From an uncultured Phycisphaeraceae bacterium (GTDB lineage: Bacteria; Planctomycetota; Phycisphaerae; Phycisphaerales; UBA1924): 64,000 nt of DNA. Shown piece after piece: positions 39,280-48,401 of this stretch; the stretch's first letter is position 1; every line of letters starts with the position of its first letter. Below the pieces are notes generated by a model. The model saw only the letters and a list, made by a program, of their open reading frames with translations, was not told where the DNA came from and searched no databases. A program made the position numbers and the translations under genes. Where the stretch lies: NCBI GenBank assembly GCA_965369025.1, contig CBDUPB010000002.1, forward strand, positions 580,555 to 644,554, given 5' to 3'.

Positions 39280-40247
39280 TCGGTCCGCTCCGTTTCCTGC
39301 TGATCACGCCCCACGGCGCTGGTGTCGGGAAGAAGAATCTCCACGGTCGTCCCGCCTGACGACCGCTTGGCCCCCGCGACCCGGACTCGTCCGCCGTGCG
39401 CATCAACGATGCGGTGGACGATCGCGAGCCCGAGGCCTGTGCCCGTGTGTCTTGTGGTGAAGAACGGGTTGAACATCCGCGCCCGAACCTCCTCGGGAAC
39501 GCCCGGGCCGTTGTCCTCGATGATCAGCGAGACCATCGCCCGCGCGCCCCCCGGCTCGCGAACTTTCACACGCTGCGCGTCCAGCGAAATCTGCGGCGAC
39601 GCAGGCCTGCGGTCGCCCGGCATCTCGGCGATCGCCTCCGCCGCGTTGCGCACGAGGTTCACCAGCGCCTGCTGCATCAACCCCTGATCGCACGCGAACA
39701 CGATGCCCTCGCGCGACGCGTCGCGACGCTCGACCGAGGCGCCCGCTTCCTCGATCTGCGGCCCGCAAACCTCCAGCGCATGCTCGAACAGCGCGCACGC
39801 CTCACACGGCTCGGATCGCGGCTCGATCCGCCGCGCGAAGGTCAGCACATCGCCCACGATCGCGTCGAGCCCCCGCACGCCCAGCGCGATCTTCTCCGCA
39901 ACCTGACGGCACTCGACTCGATCCTCAAGATCCGCGACCAGCATCCGCGCGTACAGGCCGATCCCCGCGAGCGGGTTGCGGATCTCGTGCGCGATGCCCG
40001 CGGCCATCTCGCCCAGCGCCGCCAGCCGCTCGCTCCGGCGCAGCGCCTCGTTCGCGTCGAGGAGTTCCCGCTGCAGCCGCGCAACCTCGGCGCGGAGCGT
40101 TTCGTGCGTCGCCTGGAGTTTGGAGGTGACATCGTTGAACGAGGTCAGCAACTCCGCGAGGTCGTGCTCCGAGAGCGACGGCCCTGACACGGCCTTCGCC
40201 GTGCGCGGTTCGACCTCAACCGGGATGGACCGAGCGGTGGTCGGCAT
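39276..40247 (-). CDS. soluble sensor histidine kinase (NtrB/FlrB/FlgS-like, no TM segment)
   Basis: Coiled-coil N-terminus, H-box AAGIAHEIRNPL, N-box LVNLVRNAAEA, DNGPGV, GTGLGLAIV. ATGA overlap with the regulator gene. Confidence 0.88.
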   Translation of the reverse strand: MPTTARSIPVEVEPRTAKAVSGPSLSEHDLAELLTSFNDVTSKLQATHETLRAEVARLQRELLDANEALRRSERLAALGEMAAGIAHEIRNPLAGIGLYARMLVADLEDRVECRQVAEKIALGVRGLDAIVGDVLTFARRIEPRSEPCEACALFEHALEVCGPQIEEAGASVERRDASREGIVFACDQGLMQQALVNLVRNAAEAIAEMPGDRRPASPQISLDAQRVKVREPGGARAMVSLIIEDNGPGVPEEVRARMFNPFFTTRHTGTGLGLAIVHRIVDAHGGRVRVAGAKRSSGGTTVEILLPDTSAVGRDQQETERTE

Positions 40248-40750
40248 CAGCCCTGCCGATCCTGGTAGCGCGGCGTCGGGCCCTGCTTGCCCCCGTACGC
40301 GTTGACCGCGCCACGCTTCTTGCCCACGCCCGCGATCTCTTCCGCGAGTTGCTTCCGCTGCGCCGCGAGCCGCGCCCGGTCATGATCATCGCGCTCGTTG
40401 ACGAGTTTGGCCGCCTGCTGGATCGCCTGCACCTTCGTGCGAAGGACCTCACGGCGGTCGGTGTCGAGCTGCGCGAGCAGATCGTCCCACCGGGCCTGAA
40501 ACGGCTTGAGTTCCTCGCCCACCGACAGCAGACGATCGACCACCCGCTGCCGCTCGGCGAGCACGCCCAGCAGTTCGTCGGTCTTGTCCTCGTCGATCAA
40601 CCCGGACTGCTTTTCGCTGAGCGCGGTGAGCCGCTTATACAGCGCCTCATGCTCCTCAAGCACCGTAGTGAGCCGCGCCGCGATTCGCGACGGGTCGGTG
40701 TGCGGGTCGTGCTCGACGCCCGATGGGCGTCCGTTGGGCCGGGCGGTCAT
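40247..40750 (-). CDS. FlgN-like flagellar chaperone family protein (tentative)
   Basis: ORF trimmed to ATG 40750 (AAAGGA upstream). All-helical and Leu/Glu/Arg/Gln-rich (VLEEHEALYKRLTALSEKQSGLIDEDKTDELLGVLAERQRVVDRL...), which resembles the FlgN family. Its stop shares one nt with the kinase start (TGATG). Confidence 0.45.
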   Translation of the reverse strand: MTARPNGRPSGVEHDPHTDPSRIAARLTTVLEEHEALYKRLTALSEKQSGLIDEDKTDELLGVLAERQRVVDRLLSVGEELKPFQARWDDLLAQLDTDRREVLRTKVQAIQQAAKLVNERDDHDRARLAAQRKQLAEEIAGVGKKRGAVNAYGGKQGPTPRYQDRQG

Positions 40751-40812
40751 CCGTGACCATCCTTTCGGTCGGGGCATGTGCTCGGCCGCTCCGGGCCGAG
40801 TGAGAAAGTCCG

Positions 40813-43530
40813 TCAGTCCTCGCTGCGGATCGCGAGTTCGGCCACCGAGTCGAGCCACCGCTCCCAGTGCCGCCGATCCATCGGCAGGTCAGGGCGGTCG
40901 AACGCCTCGGGGGGGAGTTCGCGGAACCGCTGGCGTGCGCGTTCATGCGCAGTTCTTGCCTCGGTCCATCGGTCAGTGGCCGCGTATGCGTTCACAATCT
41001 GCACCATCGCCACCAGCGAGGCCGGGTCGGCGCTGAATCGCTGAGCCGCGGCGTCGTAAAACTCGATGGCCCGATCGAACTCGCCAAGGTCGTACGCGCA
41101 ATCGGCGCGGAAGAAGAACGCGTTGCGGATCGCGTTGCGCTCCACCCCCGAGACATGGGGGTCGAACGACTCGTTGGTTCTCAGCGCCACGCGCTCGTAC
41201 TCCCCCATCGCCAGGCGGAGCCGATCACGCCGGAGCCGTTCCAACTCGCGGCGCTGGCTCTCGGGCATCGCTTCGCGGAGTTGCCCGGATATCTCTCCGG
41301 CCGAGAGCCGCAGCGCCTCGGCCAGTTTGAACCGCACGAGCATCGCGTCGGGCGACTCCGGGTACCTCTCGAGCGATTCCGTCAGCCGGGCGATCGCCTC
41401 GGGATACCGCTTGGCGCGCACCAGGAACCGGCCGTACTCGTCGAGCGCAAGCCGGAACTCCGGCGCTTCGGGGGGCAGGACCGATCCCGCCAGCACCTGC
41501 CTGATGAGGTTCTCGGCTTCCAGATCGTTCCCCGGGTCGGCGTCGATCATCAGGCACTGCGCGAGCGGCACATAACTCCGGAATCCTTCGCCCGACGACG
41601 GGTTCGAAGCGATCAGTTCCCGGTACATGTCGATCGCCGGCGCCAGATCCGCCGTCGCCTGGTGCGCCTTCGCGATGCGGAACCGCGCGCTGTCACGGCG
41701 CGGATCGCTCGGACGACCGTTGACGAATTCGCTGAACCACTTCACCGAATGCTCGTGATCGCCCGCCAGATCCGCGCTGTCCGCCGCGTTCCAGAGCGAC
41801 TCGCCGAACGCGACATCGTCCGAACCGATCACAGCGCGCGAATGGCGCCGGTACTCCGTGGCCGCGGCCAGATACTTCGCCTTGATGTCACGGAGCGTGA
41901 TCGGATCGGCCTCGTGCAGACGCGTCAGATCGCCCGAAGGCGCTGAGCCGCTCGCGAGGTCATCGGCCTGCGTGCGGTACGCGCGGGCCTGAAGCAACGA
42001 GGTCCACTCGGGAGACTCGTCCGGACCATGAAGCGACTCGGCGATCTGCGCGAAGCGCAGCGTGGACGCCGGATCCTCCGCGTTCAATCGATCGCCGGCG
42101 AGCGTGCGGAGGCTCGACATCAGCCGAGGGGTCAGCGCAACCGTCGCCGGCGGGCCCTCCGGCATCGCCGGCATGGTCGCGGCGTGCCCGTCGTCGGGGG
42201 GCGCCCCGTGCGGATCGGCCGTCTGGTCGTTCGCCGGGGCCGCGCCGTGCGCAACGGCCGGCGCGTGGGATCCAACCGTCGCGCCGCCGTGCCCGTCGTC
42301 CACCTCGGGCGATCGGCGCAGGTTCTCCACCAGCACCTTGTACGCCTCGGCCGCTTCGTGGTAGTTCCCGAGCGTCGCCTCCGCCTCCGCCAGACCGAGC
42401 CACGCCTCGTTCACATCCTTCGCGCCCCCGAAGGTCGTCGTCACGAACGCGAAACGGTCCCGCGCGAGTTCGGCATCGCCCTGGACCATCGCGATACGCC
42501 CGAGCAGCACATTCGTCGTCGATCGGTTCTCATCCGTCGGCGAGAGCGTCATGTCCGCCTGGCTCAGCCGCTGCGCCGCCTCGGTGTACTGCCCAAGGTT
42601 GAAGTACGCGCGGCCGAGCAGCACATACAGCTCGCCCGCCTCCTCGCTGCGCAGCGCGTCCACGCGCTGCATCTCCCGGAGCAGGTGCGCCACCGCCTCG
42701 GCGTTGTACCCCGCCGCGAGCCGGAGCTCCGCCTGCCGCGCGATCGTCCAGATCCGATCGCGCTCGTCGAGCGAAGGCGCCGACGCGAGCCGCGTGAGCA
42801 GACCCAGCGCCTGATCGAACCGCTCGGGCGAACCGCCATTCACCTTGGCCGTTTCCAGATCGTTCATCGCCGCCCGGATGACCAGTTTCAGCATGCGCTG
42901 GCGCCGCTCGCCGTCCGAGGGATCGATCGTGTTGACGAGGCGAATCGCTTCGTCGTTCTCGCCCAACGCGAGGTGGGCCTCGATCGACCTCGCGATCTCG
43001 GCCGCGTCCAGTTCGACCCCGAGCGATACCAGCGTCGCAAGTTCCTCAAGGATCCGCCGGTAGTTCTCGGGACTCTGGAGCCCCTTGCCGCGCATCTCCA
43101 GATACATCGCCCCGGCGCGCGACCGATGGAAGCGCTTCCGCAGTTCCTCGGGCGCCTCGGAAACACCCAGGATGTCGAGCAGTTCGCCGTTCAGTTCCGC
43201 CAGCGCCGGACCGCCCTCCCCCTCCTCAACGAACGCCTCGGCCTTCGCGAGCGATCCCTCGACATCAAACGGGGGCTTGGTCGAGAACGCCGTGATCACC
43301 CCGCCCACAAGGAGCGCGGCCCCGAGCACCAGCGCCGGGCCCTGCCACAACTCGCGCACTCGCGAGCCGCCCTTCGGACGGGCCTTGACCTTCGACTTCG
43401 CGTCCGCACGCTGCTTGTCGGCCTGCGACAGCAGCGCATCGATATCCGTTCCGCCGGCGGGCGCAGCCGAGGGTGCATCGGCGGCGCCGCTCTTGTCGCT
43501 CGCTGCGGGTTTCTTCGGGGAATCACTCAC
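40813..43530 (-). CDS. large TPR-repeat protein with N-terminal membrane anchor
   Basis: 905 aa, GTG start. One TM helix (GPALVLGAALLVGGVITAF), then many TPR-like helix pairs (e.g. LGRAYFNLGQYTEAAQRL, LAEAEATLGNYHEAAEAY, CAYDLGEFDRAIEFYDAAA). Confidence 0.75.
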   Translation of the reverse strand: MSDSPKKPAASDKSGAADAPSAAPAGGTDIDALLSQADKQRADAKSKVKARPKGGSRVRELWQGPALVLGAALLVGGVITAFSTKPPFDVEGSLAKAEAFVEEGEGGPALAELNGELLDILGVSEAPEELRKRFHRSRAGAMYLEMRGKGLQSPENYRRILEELATLVSLGVELDAAEIARSIEAHLALGENDEAIRLVNTIDPSDGERRQRMLKLVIRAAMNDLETAKVNGGSPERFDQALGLLTRLASAPSLDERDRIWTIARQAELRLAAGYNAEAVAHLLREMQRVDALRSEEAGELYVLLGRAYFNLGQYTEAAQRLSQADMTLSPTDENRSTTNVLLGRIAMVQGDAELARDRFAFVTTTFGGAKDVNEAWLGLAEAEATLGNYHEAAEAYKVLVENLRRSPEVDDGHGGATVGSHAPAVAHGAAPANDQTADPHGAPPDDGHAATMPAMPEGPPATVALTPRLMSSLRTLAGDRLNAEDPASTLRFAQIAESLHGPDESPEWTSLLQARAYRTQADDLASGSAPSGDLTRLHEADPITLRDIKAKYLAAATEYRRHSRAVIGSDDVAFGESLWNAADSADLAGDHEHSVKWFSEFVNGRPSDPRRDSARFRIAKAHQATADLAPAIDMYRELIASNPSSGEGFRSYVPLAQCLMIDADPGNDLEAENLIRQVLAGSVLPPEAPEFRLALDEYGRFLVRAKRYPEAIARLTESLERYPESPDAMLVRFKLAEALRLSAGEISGQLREAMPESQRRELERLRRDRLRLAMGEYERVALRTNESFDPHVSGVERNAIRNAFFFRADCAYDLGEFDRAIEFYDAAAQRFSADPASLVAMVQIVNAYAATDRWTEARTAHERARQRFRELPPEAFDRPDLPMDRRHWERWLDSVAELAIRSED

Positions 43531-43792
43531 GGGGAATATCCACGCTCACCTGACGATGCACGAACGAGAACCATGCCGCCCTTCTTATCGGGCGTGGGCC
43601 GCCGGGCGCTGGAGCGACTGCGCCGCGTTCGCCCGAACAGAGGTTCATCGTCAAGCCGAGGCCCCGACACCACTCGCGTCACGGCCCGAATCGCGGGATA
43701 GCCCCTCGGACCGCTCCCCGCTGTAGGCACGCGTTAGGGAGCGTGCACGCGATGTCGGTCCCGCCACGGCCCCGTGCTCATACGATTGCGAC

Positions 43793-44272
43793 ATGCCTCA
43801 GATCACCACCTTTCTGACATTCAACGATCAGGCCGAGGAAGCCGCCCGCTTCTACACCTCGATCTTCCCGAACTCGAAGATCACGCGGATCGCGCGGTAC
43901 CCCGACCTCGGTCCTCAATCGCCCTTCAAGGCCGGGAGCGTCATGACCGTCGAGTTCACGCTCGACGGCCGCGAGTTCACCGCCCTCAACGGCGGCCCCC
44001 AGTTCTCCTTCAGCCAGGGCGTCTCCATCGCCGTGCTCTGCGACACCCAGCAGCAGGTCGATGAGTACTGGGACAAGTTCGTCGCCGCCGGCGGCACGCC
44101 CGTCGCCTGCGGCTGGATCACGGACCACTTCGGTGTCTCGTGGCAGATCGACCCCAAGATGCTTATCGAGATGATCACCGACCCCGACGAAACCAAGGCC
44201 GCCAAGGCCATGCAGGCGATGATGACCATGGTCAAGATCGACAGCGATCAACTCAATCGCGCGCTCGACTGA
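43793..44272 (+). CDS. VOC/glyoxalase-fold protein (PhnB-like, 3-demethylubiquinone-9 3-methyltransferase domain family)
   Basis: MPQITTFLTFNDQAEEAARFYTSIFPNSKI..., FTALNGGPQFSFSQGVSI, CGWITDHFGVSWQI. 159 aa. Confidence 0.85.
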   Translation: MPQITTFLTFNDQAEEAARFYTSIFPNSKITRIARYPDLGPQSPFKAGSVMTVEFTLDGREFTALNGGPQFSFSQGVSIAVLCDTQQQVDEYWDKFVAAGGTPVACGWITDHFGVSWQIDPKMLIEMITDPDETKAAKAMQAMMTMVKIDSDQLNRALD

Positions 44273-44293
44273 CGACCCATCACGCGAGTTGGC

Positions 44294-45976
44294 TCACTCG
44301 ACCGGCGGCGTCTCTTCGTCCTCACCCGCGCCCGCCCTTCGCCGCTGGATCACCGCGGTCCCCGCGACAAGATCGCCGGGGTGCCTGCGACGCACATCCA
44401 GAAACAGGAAGAGCACGAACGGCGGGAACAGCAGTTTCACGAAGGTGCGCAGCGCGGCCTGCCACAGTTTCGGGCGTTCGCCGCGCACGCTGATCGTCCG
44501 GCATCGGCAGATCGCCTTCCCGATCGTCCGCCCGAAGAGCCATTCCCCGAGCGTGCTGTGGATGCCCGTGATCAGGAACGCCGTCGCCAGCGCCAGGGCG
44601 CCGCGCGTCGTCGAACTGTCCGAGAGCACGGCGGCGTCGAGCAATTGGCTGCCCGAAACCTGGAAGATCAGGGCCGACGCGATCAGCGCAGGCGCGAGGT
44701 CGAGCACCACCGCGAGCAGGCGCCGAAGCGGGCTCGCCAGCGCGAAGCCGTCCGGCATCAGGACCACGCCGCCCAGCGCCTCTTCGGGCCTCAGCACGAA
44801 CACCAGAATGGTGAGCATCAGCGCCCCGACCAGCAGCCCGAGCGACTGGATCTCGCGCCCCGTGACGACCGCATTGGTCTGGGCGAAGTCGTCGAAGAGC
44901 ACCTCGCCCGTGATGGCCGAGATCACCGTGGCGCGCAGCCGCGTGCGATCGCCCTCGCCCCGCCAGATCACCGTCACCAGGTCGCCCCCGCCGACAATCG
45001 CGTATTGCTCGGCCGCGTGGTCGATGACGCCCAGCGGCGTGGCGGTGCCCTCACGGAGCAGATCAAGCGATATGTACTCCGGCGTAGCGTGCGCCACGAC
45101 GATCGACGCGCCCGCGCTCGCGAACGACGCATCCGCCATGTCCGTGTCAAACTCGACCGGCGCCCACGCCCCGTCGGCCCCGTGCGCGGCGATGCGCGAC
45201 GACAACTGCCACGCCGCGTTGTCTTGCAGCAGCACCACGCGGCTCGCGCTCGCGACGATCGCCCCCGGGGATCCGACAGCCCAGTTCGACGGGAGCGGGA
45301 GCGGCGCCCACTCCACCTCGCCGTCTCGCAGGATGAGCAGGATGTCCTCCCGCGCCGCGTCCGCCGCGTAGTCACCCTCATCCAGAGGCGCGCCCTGGAT
45401 CATCGCGAACAGCGCATCGTCCGCCCGCACCACGCCGCGCAATTCCCCGCGCCCCGGGAGCGAGGGCAGCGCGATCGGTTCGCGGCCGCGCGGCAGATAG
45501 TCCCATGTCCCCGCGCCCGTTTTCACCACGCGGATCGACTGCACGCGGCGGATGAGTCGCGCCGGCCTGGACGCCGACGCTTGGGCTTCCTGGGGATTGG
45601 CGTCGCCCGCTCGTCGGGCAGGATCGACCCGCTCGCGGGGCATGATGAGCACCACGCGATCCCCGCTCGACGCGATCGCCTCGGGGAAGGTCACGAGCCG
45701 CGGCCCGCCGCGCACCGTGCCCGGGTCGGCGCCGGGAGGCAGGTGATAGAGCGTCGGGAAAGTCAGGCCTGATTCGCCCGGGAGCGCGAACCAGCCGTGC
45801 GCGCCGCTTCCAGACGCAGGGAGCGGCTGAGGCGAGGAACTCACCGCCTCGGGCGCAGACCGTGGCGCGGGTTCCGCGCGCTCGATCTCCTGCGCGTTCG
45901 CGCGCAGCGTCGTCGCGCACACCAGCGCGGCGAGCAGCAACCATCGCGTCGGTGATAGTGCAATCGCGCGGATCAT
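44294..45976 (-). CDS. RDD-family membrane protein with large N-terminal periplasmic domain
   Basis: ATG 45976 with signal peptide MIRAIALSPTRWLLLAALVCATTLRANA. C-terminal RDD-like domain (RRLLAVVLDLAP..., GRTIGKAICRCR, GDLVAGTAVI). Confidence 0.7.
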   Translation of the reverse strand: MIRAIALSPTRWLLLAALVCATTLRANAQEIERAEPAPRSAPEAVSSSPQPLPASGSGAHGWFALPGESGLTFPTLYHLPPGADPGTVRGGPRLVTFPEAIASSGDRVVLIMPRERVDPARRAGDANPQEAQASASRPARLIRRVQSIRVVKTGAGTWDYLPRGREPIALPSLPGRGELRGVVRADDALFAMIQGAPLDEGDYAADAAREDILLILRDGEVEWAPLPLPSNWAVGSPGAIVASASRVVLLQDNAAWQLSSRIAAHGADGAWAPVEFDTDMADASFASAGASIVVAHATPEYISLDLLREGTATPLGVIDHAAEQYAIVGGGDLVTVIWRGEGDRTRLRATVISAITGEVLFDDFAQTNAVVTGREIQSLGLLVGALMLTILVFVLRPEEALGGVVLMPDGFALASPLRRLLAVVLDLAPALIASALIFQVSGSQLLDAAVLSDSSTTRGALALATAFLITGIHSTLGEWLFGRTIGKAICRCRTISVRGERPKLWQAALRTFVKLLFPPFVLFLFLDVRRRHPGDLVAGTAVIQRRRAGAGEDEETPPVE

Positions 45977-46884
45977 CGGCCGCTCGGGATCGCCGGGTCC
46001 GGGCACGCCGCGTCGAGCACCCTGACCTCTCGCGGGTTGAACGCGTTGCGCAGTGCGTCAAAGTTGAACGCCTCGGGCGGGAGCCGTCGCTCACGCACGC
46101 CGTCGGTCAGCGCGGCGAGCCACAGGCGGATCTCCGTGTCGCTCTCGTCGTGCGTGATGACGATCCGCGACGCCATGCGCGGCGGGATGCCGCCCCGGCC
46201 CGCGATCTGCACATTCGCGTATTCGTCCAGCCGCGCGAGCAGCACGGGCTGCGTCGCCCCCACGGGGTAGATGCCGATCATCGACGGCTCGAGACGCGAT
46301 TCGTCCATCGCCAATCGGGTGAACCCACCGCCGCCCCCGCTGGTCGGGATGTCAACGACGATCTCGCCGCGCGTCGAACGCTGAACCGTCCCGCCCCGCG
46401 CAGGCAGTTCCAGCACGCCCACAAGGTCGATGATCTCCAGCGGCCGAGCGGGCAGCCCGATGCTCTCCGAGCACGCGGTCCCCGCGTTCTCGTGACGGCA
46501 CACGCTCACGCGGTCCGCGTCGCCGCGCTCGAACCACCAGAATCGCTCGTCGTCGCACCCCAGGTACACGATGACCTCGCCGAGTTTGCCCACGCTCAGC
46601 GCGAGCCGCGACGGCGCGACGAACTGGAAATGCCCCTCACCCTGTTCGCGTTTGTTCCGCCCGTCGGCGTCAACGAACCGCATCTCGACGACCGCCCGGG
46701 CCCACACACGCCCGAGCAGTTCCGCCCGCTCGTTGTACCTCGCCGCGAGCGATTCGTACGAAGGAAGCGCGGCGTCGGAACGGACATCAATTGCGTCCTT
46801 CGGGCTCGACCCCGCGCACCCGGCCAGCAAGGCCGATGCGCCGAGGAGCGCCGCCGCCGCCGCGACGCTGTGTCGCCGGTTCAT
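45973..46884 (-). CDS. hypothetical lipoprotein (LolA/LolB-like architecture, tentative)
   Basis: Lipobox ALLAGCAGS. 303 aa. ATGA overlaps at both ends link it with its neighbours. Confidence 0.6.
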   Translation of the reverse strand: MNRRHSVAAAAALLGASALLAGCAGSSPKDAIDVRSDAALPSYESLAARYNERAELLGRVWARAVVEMRFVDADGRNKREQGEGHFQFVAPSRLALSVGKLGEVIVYLGCDDERFWWFERGDADRVSVCRHENAGTACSESIGLPARPLEIIDLVGVLELPARGGTVQRSTRGEIVVDIPTSGGGGGFTRLAMDESRLEPSMIGIYPVGATQPVLLARLDEYANVQIAGRGGIPPRMASRIVITHDESDTEIRLWLAALTDGVRERRLPPEAFNFDALRNAFNPREVRVLDAACPDPAIPSGR

Positions 46885-47444
46885 TCATCACCCCGGAGCA
46901 GCCCGCCCAGGCGGTCCATCACCTCGCGCAGACGATCGGTGGTCAGGCCCGGGTCCTCAACGAACACCGAGGGCGCCTCTGCCGGCGCGCCGCGCGGCCG
47001 CACGAACATCCCGAGTTCGCTCGAACGCTCCACCTTCACCAGCCGCTTGCGCGACAGGATCAGCGTGAGCACGAAGCGGAACGCGAGTCGGCTGGCTCGC
47101 TGGGCGTCGGTCTCGTTGGGGGTGTCTTCGCCCAGTTCCTCGAACAGATCGAGCAGACTGTCGTCGTCCATCGCGATCATGGGCTTGGCGCCCGGCTCGG
47201 GCTGCTCGGTGCGCCACCACGCGAAGAGCCGGCGGTTCGGGATCGTCTTTCGGCCGGCGCCGCGCGGGTCATCCGGGAGCGAAGCCCACCCCTCCTCGCA
47301 GAGGTCGATGCGCTCGAACCCTTCCGCGTCCTCGCGCTCGGCAAGGGCCACGACGATCGCTTCCCCGGGGACGAGTTCGCGATCCTGGATGAGGCATCGC
47401 CCGGTGGTGCGTGAGATCTCAAATCCTGAGGACATCCGTGTCAT
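46881..47444 (-). CDS. hypothetical protein
   Basis: ORF 46881..47507 trimmed to ATG 47444 (alternative ATG at 47435). Acidic central patch DDDSLLDLFEELGEDTPNETD. No motif recognised. High GC3. Confidence 0.55.
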   Translation of the reverse strand: MTRMSSGFEISRTTGRCLIQDRELVPGEAIVVALAEREDAEGFERIDLCEEGWASLPDDPRGAGRKTIPNRRLFAWWRTEQPEPGAKPMIAMDDDSLLDLFEELGEDTPNETDAQRASRLAFRFVLTLILSRKRLVKVERSSELGMFVRPRGAPAEAPSVFVEDPGLTTDRLREVMDRLGGLLRGDE

Positions 47445-47463
47445 ACGACAGGAGTGTATCGGA

Positions 47464-47727
47464 TCAGCGGGCCTCGAAGAGGCGCCGGTTCGACCCTCCC
47501 GTCCCAACGCGGACCGAGGCCTCCGACCCGCACTTCGGGCACCGGCCCATGTACATCCGGCCCGACGCGTTCTTGTACAGTCGGCCGTAGGTGTGACAGC
47601 ACCGGAACCAGATCCCCAGCCACGCCTTCGGCGCCCGCCCGCTCGTGCCCCCGCCCTGCGCGGGAACGCCCGACCGCGTCTGCGGCGCCAGACCGGGGAT
47701 GTCCACGATGTCGCGGGGATCGGCCAC
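47464..47727 (-). CDS. small Cys-rich (putative Zn-binding) protein
   Basis: 87 aa, GTG start, WFRCCHTYGRLY...GRCPKCGSEASV. High GC3. Sits 19 nt upstream of the next gene. Confidence 0.4.
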   Translation of the reverse strand: MADPRDIVDIPGLAPQTRSGVPAQGGGTSGRAPKAWLGIWFRCCHTYGRLYKNASGRMYMGRCPKCGSEASVRVGTGGSNRRLFEAR

Positions 47728-47759
47728 GCTGATCTATCGACCGGTCGGCGGGCCCGACT

Positions 47760-48362
47760 TCACGCCGGGACGCAGGCGCTTTCCACCCGCTCGCGGGAAA
47801 GGGCCGCCCGCTCGAGCATCGCGTCCACCTCGACCAGCGGCGCCGGGTCATCCCCCGCATTCACGAGCACATTCCACCGCGACGCCCGACCGCTGGCCTC
47901 GATGAGCACCGCGGCGATCGCGAGATCGCTCAGCAGGAACTTGTTCGAGATCGGCGCAAGCGACTCACACACCGCCAGCATTTCCGCGCACAGAGCCACG
48001 GCCTGAGTCGGGATGTCGATCGCCTCCTGCTTCACCTGGGGTAGTTCCGCGAGACGGGGATCTTCCTCGGGCAGCCGCTGCAATTCATTCAGCCGCGTGT
48101 ACGCGACGGCGTCTTCCTCCGCCAGCGCCTGGAACCGCCGGGTGGCCGACATCAGTTTCTCGGCGGCCGCCTCGAGTGCTGGCCGGTGCTCGGCGAGCGA
48201 TTTCTTCCCCACCGAGTACGCGATCACCATGTTCGCGAGGGCCGCGCCCACCGCCGCGCAGACCGGCGCCGCCGCCCCCCCGCCCGGTGCAGGGGTCTTC
48301 GCCGCCAGTTCAGTGAGAAAGTCGTTGATCGGGAGTTGGGAGAATCCCAGTGTTTGGGTCAT
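47760..48362 (-). CDS. cyclodeaminase/cyclohydrolase family protein (FtcD C-terminal domain-like)
   Basis: INDFLTELAAKTPAPGGGAAAPVCAAVGAALANMV. All-helical, 200 aa. Confidence 0.8.
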   Translation of the reverse strand: MTQTLGFSQLPINDFLTELAAKTPAPGGGAAAPVCAAVGAALANMVIAYSVGKKSLAEHRPALEAAAEKLMSATRRFQALAEEDAVAYTRLNELQRLPEEDPRLAELPQVKQEAIDIPTQAVALCAEMLAVCESLAPISNKFLLSDLAIAAVLIEASGRASRWNVLVNAGDDPAPLVEVDAMLERAALSRERVESACVPA

Positions 48363-48401
48363 GGGCCACGATCATAGCGGTCGGGCGCCACAACCCCGCG
48401 A

